64,000 nt of DNA from Azolla caroliniana (lineage: Eukaryota > Plantae > Polypodiophyta). The first letter of the stretch is position 1, and each line of letters opens with the position of its first letter. Made by a program: the position numbers and the translations under genes. The stretch spans positions 5,952,001 through 6,016,000 of the forward strand of contig JBHGNT010000013.1 of NCBI GenBank assembly GCA_043228905.1, in the 5' to 3' direction. Under the pieces are notes generated by a model. That model worked only from the letters and a program-made list of their open reading frames with translations. It was not told the DNA's origin and ran no database searches. Below are positions 1 to 12,030 of the stretch, piece after piece.

Positions 1-2
1 TT

Positions 3-2141
3 GTCGACCGGGTCCCATACTCGGTAGCCGAACTCGTCGTCGCCGTAACCGAGGAATATGCATGGCCGGGTCTTTGGATCTAGCTTTCCTCTCCGGTCCT
101 TTGCCACATGCACGTAAACGAGACACCCGAACACCCTCAGATGCCGGTAGGACACTTCCTTACCGGTCCACACTTTCTGCGGCGTGTCTCCGTCCAAAGG
201 TACTGAGGGTGATCTGTTTATCACGTATGTCGCCGTCGACATTGCCTCAGCCCAAAACCCCTTGGGTAATTTCGCATGCGCCAGCATACTCCGGACCCTC
301 TCCATTATGGTCCGGTTCATCCTCTCGGCCAGCCCGTTCAGTTCCGGCGTCTTCGGCACAGTAAACTCGAGCCGGATTCCCTTCGAGCGACAGTACTCTG
401 CGAACTGCCCCCGGTATTCCCCTCCGTTATCCGCTCGTATCGCTTTCAGCTTCTTGCCGGATTCTCTTTCCACTCTCGCGTGGAGTTCTTTGAAGACGGA
501 CAATACTTGGTCCTTTGTCTTCAGCGGTGCCGTCCACAGCTTCCGGCTGTGGTCATCTATGAATGTTACGAAGTACTGGGCTCCGCCATGTGACTTCGTT
601 TCTACCTGACACACATCAGTGTGCACCAACTCCAATGGTGCACTACGTCTCGTCGGTGGCCTTGAGTGGAAGGAGGTCCGGTTTTGCTTACCGGCCAGAC
701 AGTCGATACACTTCCCCAAGTGTACATGCTTTACCGGTATCAGGTTGTCTTCGGCAAGCCTCTTCATCCCCTTCTCGCTCATGTGGCACAGTCTCTTGTG
801 CCACAGCTCACCGTCAGTGTCAGCTGCCACGTTCAGCTCCTCCGAACATAGCCGGGAATTCATCAGGTACAGTGTGTTGATCTTCCGGGCCCGAGCCACT
901 ATCAGACTCCCCTTGCTGAACTTCATGACACCGTTCCGGATGCTACCCGTGTAGCCTTCATCATCTAGCCTCCCGGCCGAAATCAGGTTCAATCGAACCT
1001 CCGGAACGTGTCGAACATCCTTCAGCAGCATCTTGCATCCGGTTGATGTCATCAGCCACACGTCTCTTATGCCGGCAATCCGGCACGTACCTTCATTTCC
1101 CATCCGAACACAGCCATGCTCACCGGCTGTGTAGGATGAGAAGTATTTCTTCTCCGGGGTCAGGTGGAACGACGCTCCGGAATCGACCACCCAGGTCATC
1201 TCTTCACCGGCAAGGTTCAGCTCTGTCTCTTCGGTAATGAGCATGATTTCTTCCTCACTTGCCGCGAGTGCCGTCGTTCCTTTCCGGTCCTGCCCTCGCC
1301 GATCCGGACCTCTCCGGTCCGTGGCTCCCCGGTATGCACCGTTTCTCTCCGGTGACTTCTTCGAATCGGTGTCGTCGGCTCCGTTGTCTTTTCGGTAATG
1401 CCGACAATTCTTCCGGAAGTGCCCCGGCTTCCCACAATGGAAGCATGTGGGTCTTCCTCTTGACTGCGACCGGGTCCCCGACTTCTCCCGTCTTTGCGGA
1501 CTCCGGTTCCATTGTCTTCCCCGATCCGATTCGGTAAGCAGCGCCTTCGTGTCGGAGGCCGGTTCTTTATCTCTCCGACGCGCTTCTTCATTCAAAATAC
1601 TTGTCTTTACCGTTTGTAAGGACAAGTTATCTTCGGTGCACGAGGTGCTGAGAGTCACCACCAAGTTCTCCCAGCTTTCCGGCAATGTACACATCAGGAT
1701 GATGGCTTGCATTGCGTCCTCCAACGGGAACTTAATCGCCGCAAGCTGGTTCACGAATCCCATGAACGTGCTTACGTGTTCCACCATACTCTCGCCGTCC
1801 CGGTACTTGAGGTTCACTATTTTCCTCATCAGGGAGGTCCGGTTCAACGCATTCTTCCTCTCGTAGAGGCCCGACAGCTTCCGCCACATCTCGTATGCGT
1901 TGGTGTCGTTCGCCACATGTTGTAGAACGCTCACATCGACGTATTGCCGAATGGTTGCAACGGCTTTCCGGTTCAGAAGCCTCCATTCCGTCTCAAGTAC
2001 CCCCTTCGGTATTTCCGACCTGTCAATCGGTTCGTACAAGTCCCGAACAATCAAAAGATCCTCCATCTTGATCTTCCAGTCGGCGTAGTTCTGTGCATTC
2101 AGCACCATCATTCCCGGTTGCCCGCTGCTGCCGCCTTCCAT
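3..2141 (-). CDS. gag-pol: Ty1/copia Gag-Pol polyprotein, 5' part (gag, Zn knuckle, protease, integrase); runs off the left edge
   Basis: Manual translation from ATG 2141: MEGGSSGQPGMMVLNAQNYADWKIKMEDLLIVRDLYEPI (Tto1/Tork-like gag start), CFHCGKPGHFRKNC (~1404-1448), WVVDSGASFH (~1165-1195), LWHKRLCHM..CIDC, and GKLDPKTRPCIFLGYGDDEFGYRVWDP at the left edge. Start and left-edge motifs are in the same frame, and the ORF track lists no ORF in that frame, consistent with no stop inside the window. Confidence 0.93.
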   Translation of the reverse strand, partial: MEGGSSGQPGMMVLNAQNYADWKIKMEDLLIVRDLYEPIDRSEIPKGVLETEWRLLNRKAVATIRQYVDVSVLQHVANDTNAYEMWRKLSGLYERKNALNRTSLMRKIVNLKYRDGESMVEHVSTFMGFVNQLAAIKFPLEDAMQAIILMCTLPESWENLVVTLSTSCTEDNLSLQTVKTSILNEEARRRDKEPASDTKALLTESDRGRQWNRSPQRREKSGTRSQSRGRPTCFHCGKPGHFRKNCRHYRKDNGADDTDSKKSPERNGAYRGATDRRGPDRRGQDRKGTTALAASEEEIMLITEETELNLAGEEMTWVVDSGASFHLTPEKKYFSSYTAGEHGCVRMGNEGTCRIAGIRDVWLMTSTGCKMLLKDVRHVPEVRLNLISAGRLDDEGYTGSIRNGVMKFSKGSLIVARARKINTLYLMNSRLCSEELNVAADTDGELWHKRLCHMSEKGMKRLAEDNLIPVKHVHLGKCIDCLAGKQNRTSFHSRPPTRRSAPLELVHTDVCQVETKSHGGAQYFVTFIDDHSRKLWTAPLKTKDQVLSVFKELHARVERESGKKLKAIRADNGGEYRGQFAEYCRSKGIRLEFTVPKTPELNGLAERMNRTIMERVRSMLAHAKLPKGFWAEAMSTATYVINRSPSVPLDGDTPQKVWTGKEVSYRHLRVFGCLVYVHVAKDRRGKLDPKTRPCIFLGYGDDEFGYRVWDPVD

Positions 2142-2157
2142 TTTCTGCACTGCCGTC

Positions 2158-2169
2158 GCTCTGATACCA
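2158..2169 (-). promoter_or_regulatory. Primer-binding site, initiator tRNA-Met
   Basis: TGGTATCAGAGC on the minus strand, 3 nt after the LTR end. Confidence 0.95.
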
Positions 2170-2172
2170 GTT

Positions 2173-2818
2173 TGTTGAGAATCGATGCTCCGATTAACCT
2201 TCACCCTCGGCCACAACCGAGTAGTCGCGAATCAATGCAGCAGAAAATAGGAAACATAGAGAAAGACACAATAACACAGGGATTAACGTGGAAAACCCTA
2301 TACGGGAAAAACCACGGGAGTGCAAGACTCCAAACCAAAACTATGCACAGAGAAATATACAATGGCGAGCTGCAAGGCAACGACCTTGAGCTCACTGTCC
2401 TCGCCACAGGCGGCGGTATTACACAGAGGCAACGACCTCTTCGTCTTTCTCTCTCTCTCTCTCTCTCGGCTGCTCTCTTCACTCTCTCTAAGTGAAAAAC
2501 AGAAAATGAGCAACAACAACATTAACTGTTTGCCCTAAGTCATATTTATACACATATGACTTTCGGGCTATTTACAAATATAGCCTCAAGGGCTCTTGGC
2601 AAACATATTCACAAATATGTCTCCGCATCCGGATCTCTCTCCGGGTACATTCGTCATCCGGCTCCGTAGCCGGGGTCTTCATCATCCGGCTCCGTAACCG
2701 GGTCTTCATCATCCGGCTCCGTAACCGGGTACTCTTCATCATCCGGTTCCGTAACAGCCTCCGGGCTTGCCGTCATTCGTCTCCGGACATCCCATCCGGA
2801 GGGACCGAAATCCCAACA
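2173..2818 (-). mobile_element. 5' LTR of copia element
   Basis: TGTTG...CAACA termini, adjacent PBS, minus-strand TATAAAT at ~2550, ~28-30 bp CCGG-rich repeats at 2641-2756. Confidence 0.92.
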
Positions 2819-2989
2819 TAGCACTCACGATCACCTCCACCGCTTGCCCGCCCACAACTACCGGCAATATTTCCCCAACAACCTCCACTACCGTGCATTG
2901 GAGCTCACCTCGCCAAACTAGAATATGCCATTGATAACCAAACTCAAGTTGGGGGGGGTGCGCTTGACTATGAAGATGCGCACCAGGAG

Positions 2990-4117
2990 TACGGTGTTGA
3001 AGAAGAGGTGCTTTCCCACTTCATAGAATTTGAAGGCGACCAAATACCAATGTATGTCCTAAGAGGAGAATAGAGGGGCCCGTCAAAGGGATATCGTAAC
3101 AATAATGTTCTCAGAAGGTCCGAATTGAAATTTTTCAATTGCCAAGGCCCACACATGGTTAGTGAGTGCCCAGCCAAACCTGAGTACTACAACCGGATGG
3201 CATAGCGACCCCGACATCCCCCACTCGAAACACCCCCACATCCACCGGTACAAAGTCTCACCCAACAACCATAGGACCTTATCGAGTGGTTCCGAAGAGA
3301 AGTGTCATGCCCAGGGTGTGGTAAAGAACATTTAGTACCTAATTGCCCTAAAAAAAGGAAAAAGATTGGCCCAAATCTATTATCTATCGTACCATCAATG
3401 GTTGGCGCCAACGTTATCACACGAGCTCAAAGAATAGCTCATAACTTACAGTATCACGACCAAGGCATCCCCTCACCTACGCGGAAGAAACAAAAAACAA
3501 AAAAAAACGCATCCACGCAACAGTCAAAGCAAGATCAAGGGCCGGAGGGAGACGAAGAAACGATACTTGTCAACCCTAAGCAAGAACTGCTAGCACACCT
3601 AGTAGCATATCCAAACCCACTGGCTGAAAAACAAAAAGTCGAAGAGTACATCAAACTCATACGCCATGAACAGTTCGAAGGATCACTTAGTCTCCTGAGC
3701 CTAAACTTCGACCAACTCAAAGAATGGATAAATCCTCCACCTCAACGCACGGATAAACCCCACCCCATCGGAACGCCAACCGACACCCCCATCTCCCAAT
3801 CTACCTCAATCAAGGAAGTCAACACAGTCCTGCTCCAACAAATATTAAATTTAAAATTACGACTCACATTACGCGAAGTACAACAGTACACAGGCACCTT
3901 CGTGACTGACAACCCCCAACTACAAACTATACTCGCCAAAGAAATAGAGTTCACACTTGAAGAACTACTCAAACTCGATATCCAAGCATGGCACGACGTC
4001 CTTCGTCGCCTCAATGGAGATCTGTCGGCAGGTCATGGAGAGAAGATACACACCCACATCTCGAGTACGACCGCAATCCCCAAACAACATCAATGGAACA
4101 CCGGTAGATGTATGTGA
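2990..4117 (+). pseudogene. gag: gag fragment with two Zn knuckles
   Basis: FFNCQGPHMVSEC (~3131-3169, first Cys lost) and CPGCGKEHLVPNC (~3308-3346); in-frame stops present. Confidence 0.7.
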
Positions 4118-4139
4118 ACCTCACTTCGAGAGTGACGAC

Positions 4140-7100
4140 ACTAGTTTCACTCTCTCCGTTTGCGTCAACGGCACGATGTGTGACGCGATAATCAACACTA
4201 ACGGCAATAAGCATAGTCAGCTACGAATGTTGGTGTAAGTGGGGGAGCCCAAAAATGCTTCCTTCGGACGTTAAACTCCGAATGGCAAATGGGTCAATCC
4301 AACAGCCCGAAGGTATGATCCCCATACATAGGTTCACTATCCACGGGGTCGAGTTTAATCTCACCTTTGTAGTCACAAGATCATCCAATCATGTGGCTTA
4401 CGAGTGTTTACTATAGGGAGGTCATTCCTACATGTAAGCCGCCTCGTGATGGATTTTGGGAATGATACAATCTATATGCATAAGAAAAACAAAACCTTCC
4501 GCATCAAAGCATACACGCAAAAAGTTCATGAACAAGAAGCCAGCCCTCTCGTGGACGACTAGTCAGAAACCACCGAGTTCGAGACCAACCTCCTAGCATG
4601 TAACCCCACAAAGACAGTTCAAATCTTCACTTGAGGTCAACTGCTCCCCCAAAAACCCACAAGTCTTAGAACAGAGAATGCGTGAGAGAATCAATCCGTA
4701 ACTTCGGATGCGTCGGAGATGAATTAGGTGCATGCTCTCGCCACAACTGATACAATGTACCCCATCGGTACAAAGTGTCGCGATGAGGATGGAGACACAA
4801 TCTCGTGTTTTAATGTCACTACTCTCGTAGCCCAACGAAAACAGGTAGATGTAAAGGACGAAGACCTAGCGCAACAAACCACATGTAAGGAAGAGGATAT
4901 GACCATTCACAAGACCTTGACTGAGGTGGACTTCCCAGAGCAATTCAAACTCTATGAACAAGGGACTCAGGCAGTGGCTTGTAAGAGACCACAACGCACC
5001 CCAAACATCTTAGGTGAAGCATGCCATGGAACAATGAAAGTTAAAGAAATCAACTTCGGAAACAGGGTAGACCCCAAACCAGTGTTCATTGCCATGGATC
5101 TTCATCTGGATGAGGAGACATCCTTGATCACCCTCCTCACAAAATTTAGGGACGTGTTCGCATGGTTGTATGTAGATATGAAAGGTGTACCGGTTGAAGT
5201 TGTCACCCATAGCATCCCCAAGCGAACCAACGCCCGCCCAATCCGACAGAGACCGCGGCCAATGAACCCTAACTACACTCAACAAGTAAAAGCTAAAATC
5301 ACTAAAATGTTAGGTGCTGGTATAATCTACCTGATTTAGTGAACAACTTGGGTCTCCCCGATCATAATCGTACCAAAGAAGAATGGCCAATTCCGCAATG
5401 TGTTGAATATCTACAAGTCAATGAAGCCACCATCAAAGACAACTACCTAGTACCCTACATTGAACACTTACTCGAAAGAGTTGCAGGAGCAGAAGCCTAT
5501 AGCTTCATCGATGGGTTCTCAAGGTACAAGCAAATCTTGGTAGTGCATAAAGACTAGCACAAGACAGCCTTTGCTACGGAATTTGGTATGTTCGTTTATA
5601 AACAAATGCCTTTCGAACTCCCAAGTGCCCTGAGCACCTATCAAAGGGCAAAACACCACGTCTTCACGACAAGGTTATGGCAAGGAGTGAAGTCCTATGT
5701 CAACGATTTATGTTATCATTCCAAATGGCATGCCTACCTGGCACTACTCCGCTCGACATTTGAGAAGTGCAGGGAATATCAACTCTCCCTCAACCCTCTT
5801 AAGTGTCAATTCTAGGTCAAACACGGACTCATATTAGGCCATCTCGTGTCTTGACATGGGATCTCGACCGATGATGTGAAAGTAAAGCTCATCCTTAACA
5901 TGCCACCTCCCATGAACGAGAAACAACTACAAGGATTTATGGGGTATGCGGGTTACTGCAAACGTTTCATTAAGATGTAAGCAAACAAGGCAAGGCCCCT
6001 CTATGCCTTACTAAAGCAGTACACTTGGATAGAAGAGTGCACCCGCTCGTTCGAGCTCTTGAAGGAGTGCTTAACTAAAGCCCCCATCCTCGGATCCCCA
6101 GACTGGAACAAAGAATTATGTGTTCACACTAATGCTTCCGCCTTCGCGATTGGTGCGGTGCTTACTCAACCGGGCCAAGGAGCACTCGATCTACCAATCA
6201 CCTTTGTTAGCCAGCAACTGAACTTTGCAAAACAAAATTACTCCACAATGGAACAAGAAGCTTTAGAAATGGTTTACAGCGTGAAAAAGTTCCGACATTA
6301 CCTCTTGGCGTCACGTTTCTCATTTTTTGTAGATCATCAAGCCCTCCTCTACTTGGTAAACAAGACTCACGCCACATGAAGAATATCACGATGGATCGTA
6401 ACTTTACTCAAGTTCAGCTTCAAGGTGGTGATGAGAAAAGGAAAAGACCATGTACTCGCCAATCACTTCTCACGAATACCAAATGGACAAGATGCCATTA
6501 GAGTGGACGATGAAACGCCAGATGCCGCATTATTCACGATCGATATCGTACCATCATGGGCAACAGAAATCATTCGTGTCTTAACCGAAGGAGCATACTT
6601 CCTAAAACACCTGAGTCGGGCACATGCACGTGTCTTGTTAAGAAAGTGTGGCCCCATCATGATGCTTAGAGTCAACTTGTATCGAAGAGTCAACAATGAT
6701 GTACTTCGAAGGTGTGTAGCGGATCATGATGTCATCGCGGTCCTCGAACAAGCTCATTGTGGAAATGAAAGCTGTCATTTCAATCACGAGATCACCCCAT
6801 GCAAGATCCTCCAGTCCGGCCTATGGTGGCCAACATTATTCATAGACACATACGAATATGTACGCCGGTGTGACGAGTGCGAACGTTTCAAGCATCCAGC
6901 AAAAGCGGATTTCAACACATTAAACCCAGTGGTGGCTTGGGAACCTTTCGAGAAATGGGGTATTGACTTTATCAGCTCAATTAGCCCAATTTCCAACCTC
7001 AATCGGTACATAATCACCGCCACTGACTATGCTACCAAGTGGGCAGAAGCCACAACTTGCGTTAATGCTGATGCACATAACACAACCAAATTCCTATATG

Positions 7101-7465
7101 AAAATGTCATCACACGGTTTGGATGCCCGCTCGAGATCATTAGCGACCAAGGCTCCCATTTCCTCAATGAGGTGATTGCACACCTACTAGGCGAGTTCAT
7201 GGTGACACACCGCAAAAGCTCCCCCTATTACCCATAGTGCAACGGACAAGCGGAAAACACTAATAAAGTGTTATGTGCAGTACTCACAAACATAATCGTA
7301 GCTTCACGGTCTAATTGGAGCACCAAACTCCAAGCCGCATTATGGGCTTTCCGCACCTCCTACAAAGTAGCAACTCACCACACACCATTGAAACTAGTAT
7401 ATGGATAGGAGCCAATACTTCCCATCGAGCTCCTCGTCCCTAGTCTCAGGATAGCCATTGAAGAA
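4140..7465 (+). pseudogene. pol: pol pseudogene: protease, RT, RNase H, integrase
   Basis: FRDVFAW; AYSFIDGFSRYKQI; YVNDL (degenerate YxDD); HTNASAFAIGAVL...NYSTMEQEALEMVYSVKKFRHYL; HCGNESCH...CDECE; WGIDF...ISDQGSHF; many stops and frameshifts. Confidence 0.92.
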
Positions 7466-8025
7466 TGATGGGATGGAAACTCCCTCCCGTCATGCCTATA
7501 GAACATGGAAAAACCCGACTAGAAACTGACCTTTGCAATGCACAAGCGAAGTTGAAAAGACAAAGTGATACCCACCCTATAGTTATGGCTAAGTCGATGG
7601 ACCCTAATGTCGTGATGACACACCTACCATGCTTCGCCAACGGTGTACCTCTAATAGCAGTGACCGACACCAGAGCATCACTAACCCTTCTCTCCTTCGA
7701 AACGTGGGAATATCTAGGTTCCACAAGCCTCCAAGCATGCAACATTAACTTCCTTGGCTTCAATGATTCCACATCACGCTGCATGGGAGCTTTCGTGTGT
7801 AGAATCAAGACACAACACAGTGATCATTTGATTCAAGCTCGGGTCCTCCCACTGAAAGTGTTGTACACCTTGTGCCTCCTTGGTTTGGATTGGTGTTACA
7901 TAAGCGAATGTCTCCTGTCACCAAGCAAGAACATGGTCTCCTTTCAAACTGAAAACGGTGTGAAGTTCGAGAAGCTTGTCGCAACAACACTCGAACCATG
8001 TCCCACCAATCTCGGCGAGCTCTAG
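7465..8025 (+). pseudogene. Second retropepsin-like (aspartic protease) domain downstream of integrase
   Basis: NGVPLIAVTDTRASLTLLSFETWEYLG...CLLGLDW resembles the D(T/S)GA...(I/L)LGxDW retropepsin pattern, with G>R in the triad. Confidence 0.65.
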
Positions 8026-9977
8026 AGCGTCAACTCGGCCCAACCAAAAAGAGCTCATACTACCATCCACCACCCAAGTTCAGAGTAACGCTAACATCGG
8101 CACAAAGACATCCGCCCCACACAAATAGGTGAACGTCCACATGATTTTTGCTGAAGGACCATGCCGCGGAGAACGTGTTATTTGGCGAATCCAAAAAGAA
8201 CTCACAAACGCGCAGGGTTGGCACAAAGGTGCCACTCACTTCTGGGTCCCAAAACGAAGCCGACTCCCCAACCGCGACCATATTACAACTGAACGGGACA
8301 CCGACAACCACGCACATTGACCAAATACCCTGCCCAGGTTAAGGCCATAGACCTTGTCCGGACTCAGCGACTAGGAAGTCGGAGTACACATAGAACAACC
8401 TCAGAAGTCTAGGTGTGTAAAGGCATTAAAAAGCCTTCCATCCACACTCAAACTACACACCCCTCACCCCCACGACCTCATCCCCACCCTAGTGCCCCTA
8501 ACTTGCCCAGACTCTCACAAAACCCTCTATGGATCCCCGTCCAACCTTACCGTCCCTTCAAATCTTAGTCCACCCCACACTGTTGTCAATTCACCTTCTA
8601 GCTTATGCCATCCCAATCATCAACCACTCGACCCGTCTTCTCCCTCAGCCTCTGTTACCGCGCCTGGTAAACAATAAACCCCCCTTCGGCCTACGTATTA
8701 GTACTTCCGATCTTTGCGTTACCTCTTATTTTTTAGGGGCACCATGGGCAATCATTTTTACTTGCGGTCGCTCTATTTTTTGTTCAACTCGTTCTTTTTC
8801 GTATTACGTCACATGGGAGTCGCGGTTTCTCTTTCTCCTTTCTTTTGTTTTTGGTTTTGGTCGTTATTTTCTTGGTAGTCTCAGTTGGTCTTTTTCTTTT
8901 CTTTTGTTTTAATTCTTCTGTTTTGTTTTTATTTTTTGCTTGGTTGTTTTTTGTGCTTTTTCTTTCATTTTGTTTTGTTGTTTTCTTCTCCCCACCACTG
9001 TCTCCATCACAACCCTTTCTTTTCTCCCTCCTTTCCCCTCACGACCCCCTCTATTTCTCCATAGTTCATTCTTCTCCCTCTATGCTTCTCCTTCTCTTTC
9101 TTTTCTCCCTCCTTTCCCCTCACGCTTCCTGCCTTCGTTTAGGACCATTCGCTCTCCTCCTCGTCCTTTGCACGTCGCTTCTAGCCACTGCTCATGAATA
9201 TTTCTCCCCCCTCTGTGTTACACCCAGCCCCTCTTGTTTCGTTCTCTCTCTCTCTCTCATTTTCTCCTTCATCACTCTCCTTCTTGCCTCCTGAGCGTCG
9301 TTGCTTCCTGTCGCGCACTCCCTCGGGTAGGTCTAAAATGTGTTTTTTTTCTTTCCTCTCTCCTCTCTCTCCACTCTCTCACTTGACCCCTCCCAGCGTA
9401 ACCTGTTGTGTACGAATATACTCGCCTCATGTGGCGGCCACGACGGCTCCAACACCTTTCTGTTGTCCTCTCGTCGCAGACGGTTCCTTAGTACTACTCC
9501 ACTCACAAGCTCGTTGCCCCCACAATCCCCTCGTCGAACCACCCAGTTCGACGAGAAATTTTTTTCCCTCCCAGTTCATGCCCAGGTTCGAAGAGAGATG
9601 TTCTTCGAACCACGCACCCCTGGTTCGAGGAGAGGCGCTATAAAATACAATAAAATACTATCTAAATAACACTATTCTTCAATCACCTCCTCCTATTTTC
9701 AAATAATAATAATAATAATAAAATAGAAACAAATATAGAAATAAAAATAAAATCAAATAGAATAATTGTTTTTTTTTTAAAGAGAAAAACAATTTATATA
9801 TATATATATATAATAAAATAAAAAACATATAAATTAATAAATAAATAGACAACTAGATAACTAAGCCCACATCAATAGATTAATAAAATATGGTTAGCAA
9901 TACCACCGTGTAAACACAAGTAAGGGGGTGTAAGAGTTGGTACACTCCCATACGCCTTATACTAATATTTGTCCTAG

Positions 9978-10688
9978 CAAGTTATAACCGATGACATCCA
10001 CCTCATTCACCATCTCCTCCACGTGTACTACCCCGATGTTGGATGTGGCTCCTTGGTCATTCAAGCCGAGTTCAACAACACCCGGTGTACCTACCGAGTA
10101 CCCACGGCCACCACGCAACTCAAGTACCTTGAGCCTGATGTTTTGACACCCTTTCACGTCTAGGCCTCAAGTTCTTCCTCGGGATTGGGCCTTGGGAGGT
10201 ACTTCCCGAGTTGGTTGACTGGTTCCTCACAGGATACAATCCCAAGACCGGTCATGTTCGCATGCACGCCTTTACGGAAGTCAAGTTCTAGTTCAACGTC
10301 GCCGATGTTTGCACTACGCTACATTTGCGGGTGGACGGAATTCCCTTTTGCACCACGAGTCCCCCGACATTGTCCCCAACATCATCCCCACAGTCTACAC
10401 CGAGTATTCTGGACATGAGGGTTGGCATTTGATTTCAATAAAGGGCCCACTTGTCGTCAACTGGTCGACCTCTGGACTCGTGTCAACATGCTCCCTGCCA
10501 TCTACAAACGGGATTTCGAAACCATGATCAATACACGCTTCTTTCCTGCTTACATAACTTTTGATCGAAACCCCCATTCTCCCTTCGTCGGCTACAACAC
10601 CTCCACCTGGATAGCTGGCCGTAAGAAGGACTTCTTCACAACAACCGATCAAATGCAAGAAATCCACTTACCACCCCTCAACATCTGA
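9978..10688 (+). pseudogene. Degenerate extra ORF just before the PPT, function unknown
   Basis: One frame of ~235 codons broken only by TAG (~10161) and TGA (10416); joins track ORFs 10185-10418 and 10422-10688. Confidence 0.45.
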
Positions 10689-10806
10689 CATCTTCTCCAC
10701 CATCTTCGCCACTTACCACCCCCCTACTCCATCCTTCTCACCCCCGACGGTCCAAGCTCCCCTCCCACAGTGCACCCGGGAGTGTGCACGCATTAGGTTG
10801 GGGGGA

Positions 10807-11351
10807 TGTTAAGTGCTTGGATTACACCACAACTAGTGATGAAGAAGAGCGCATCAACAAGGACGCAGTATGTGTTGAAGGACCTACAAAGAGGAAACGG
10901 TAAGAGGAAAAGAGGCTAAGGGACATCCAAGTGTGAAAGGTCCATACCCTAAACGTGAATGTTATATAAACCACATAGTGGTCACTTTGTAAGGGTTCTT
11001 CCATTTGTAAAGATCTCCCTATTGATTAGAGCTAGAGCTTCCTCTCCTCCTTCTTGTAACCTTTGAGCTTAAGAGAGATTAGTGAGGTGTTTAGTTAGAG
11101 AACACTAATCTCTCTTCCTTGTTGGTGTTAGACCTCTTAACAAAGAGGGTTAATAAACATATTCTTTACTCTTATTGTGTATGTCTATTAACCTATTTTC
11201 TATGAGAGAAAGCTTGAGAGCGTCAGAGAGATATCATGCTTAATCATCTATTAACCGTTAAGTGAGTGTGAGCCTCAGAGGTATCCGACAACCACCTCCG
11301 CCCGATTCGCCATAAAAAGGGTATATGTTTGTCTAAGCTCCGCAAACAACA
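10807..11351 (+). mobile_element. 3' LTR of the gypsy element
   Basis: Follows the PPT; TGTT...AACA (end 11348 or 11351); TATATAAA at ~10963. Confidence 0.75.
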
Positions 11352-11857
11352 TCGAGGAGTTAACTCCATCGATACATAGATCGTACACAGCTAATATATT
11401 ATAACTGGTGTTTGCAAACTGCCATGTGTATATTTTGTGGGCTCAGATTCAAGCTTGAGGCTATGGATATTCTGATTACACCCTTCTTGCACACATATCA
11501 TGTGCTATATGCTAAGTATCATTTTGAGAAAAAAAATACATGTATGGATTGTAAAAGTATAGTTGTTGCTGATTGGATCTATTCTTGGGGTTTAAAAGTA
11601 CACCCATATGGTATGTGGTTCTATTATTCTATTGTTTCTATTATATGATGTCAATTTACATTTGGTTTAGAACTGGTAGAGGTCACAATTCATACTTCAA
11701 ATTAGGAAAGCAATGGATTCGTACTAGTGTATCTCCAACAACTAGCATATGGGACCCTATTTATTTGGGTTAGTACTGGTGCATTCATCACATCCCAATA
11801 TGTGTGTAGTACTCTTAATATATAATTAGCATGGGTAATTGAATAGATATTTTCCAC

Positions 11858-12030
11858 GATTAGTACTATTTAAGTAAATTGTGAACCAGGTGTGTAGTAC
11901 ATTACTCGGGATTGGTACTAGTTATGTAATTTGAGAACAAGGTGCACCCTGTTAACGATTAGTATTATTCGTGTAATTTGGGAATTAGGAGTGTAGAACA
12001 CATATCACGATTAGTACTACTTGTGTACAA
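11858..12030. repeat. Degenerate ~47-53 bp tandem repeat, about 3.5 copies
   Basis: GATT(A/G)GTA(C/T)TA recurs at ~11858, 11910, 11957 and 12009; the first three continue ...GTAA(A)TTTG...AGG. Confidence 0.55.

Larger units (their letters stand above)
2819..11351 (+). mobile_element. Decayed non-chromoviral Ty3/gypsy element (gag, PR, RT, RH, INT, extra 3' region, 3' LTR); 5' end displaced by the copia
   Basis: Gypsy domain order; PPT TTGGGGGGA directly before an LTR starting TGTT at 10807. Confidence 0.85.

Noticed and set aside
62-2088. Many short ORFs on both strands
   Set aside because: Shadow frames of the GC-rich copia ORF.
8845-9294. Hydrophobic env-like membrane ORF
   Set aside because: F/L/S richness follows from T- and CT-rich low-complexity DNA; no other support.
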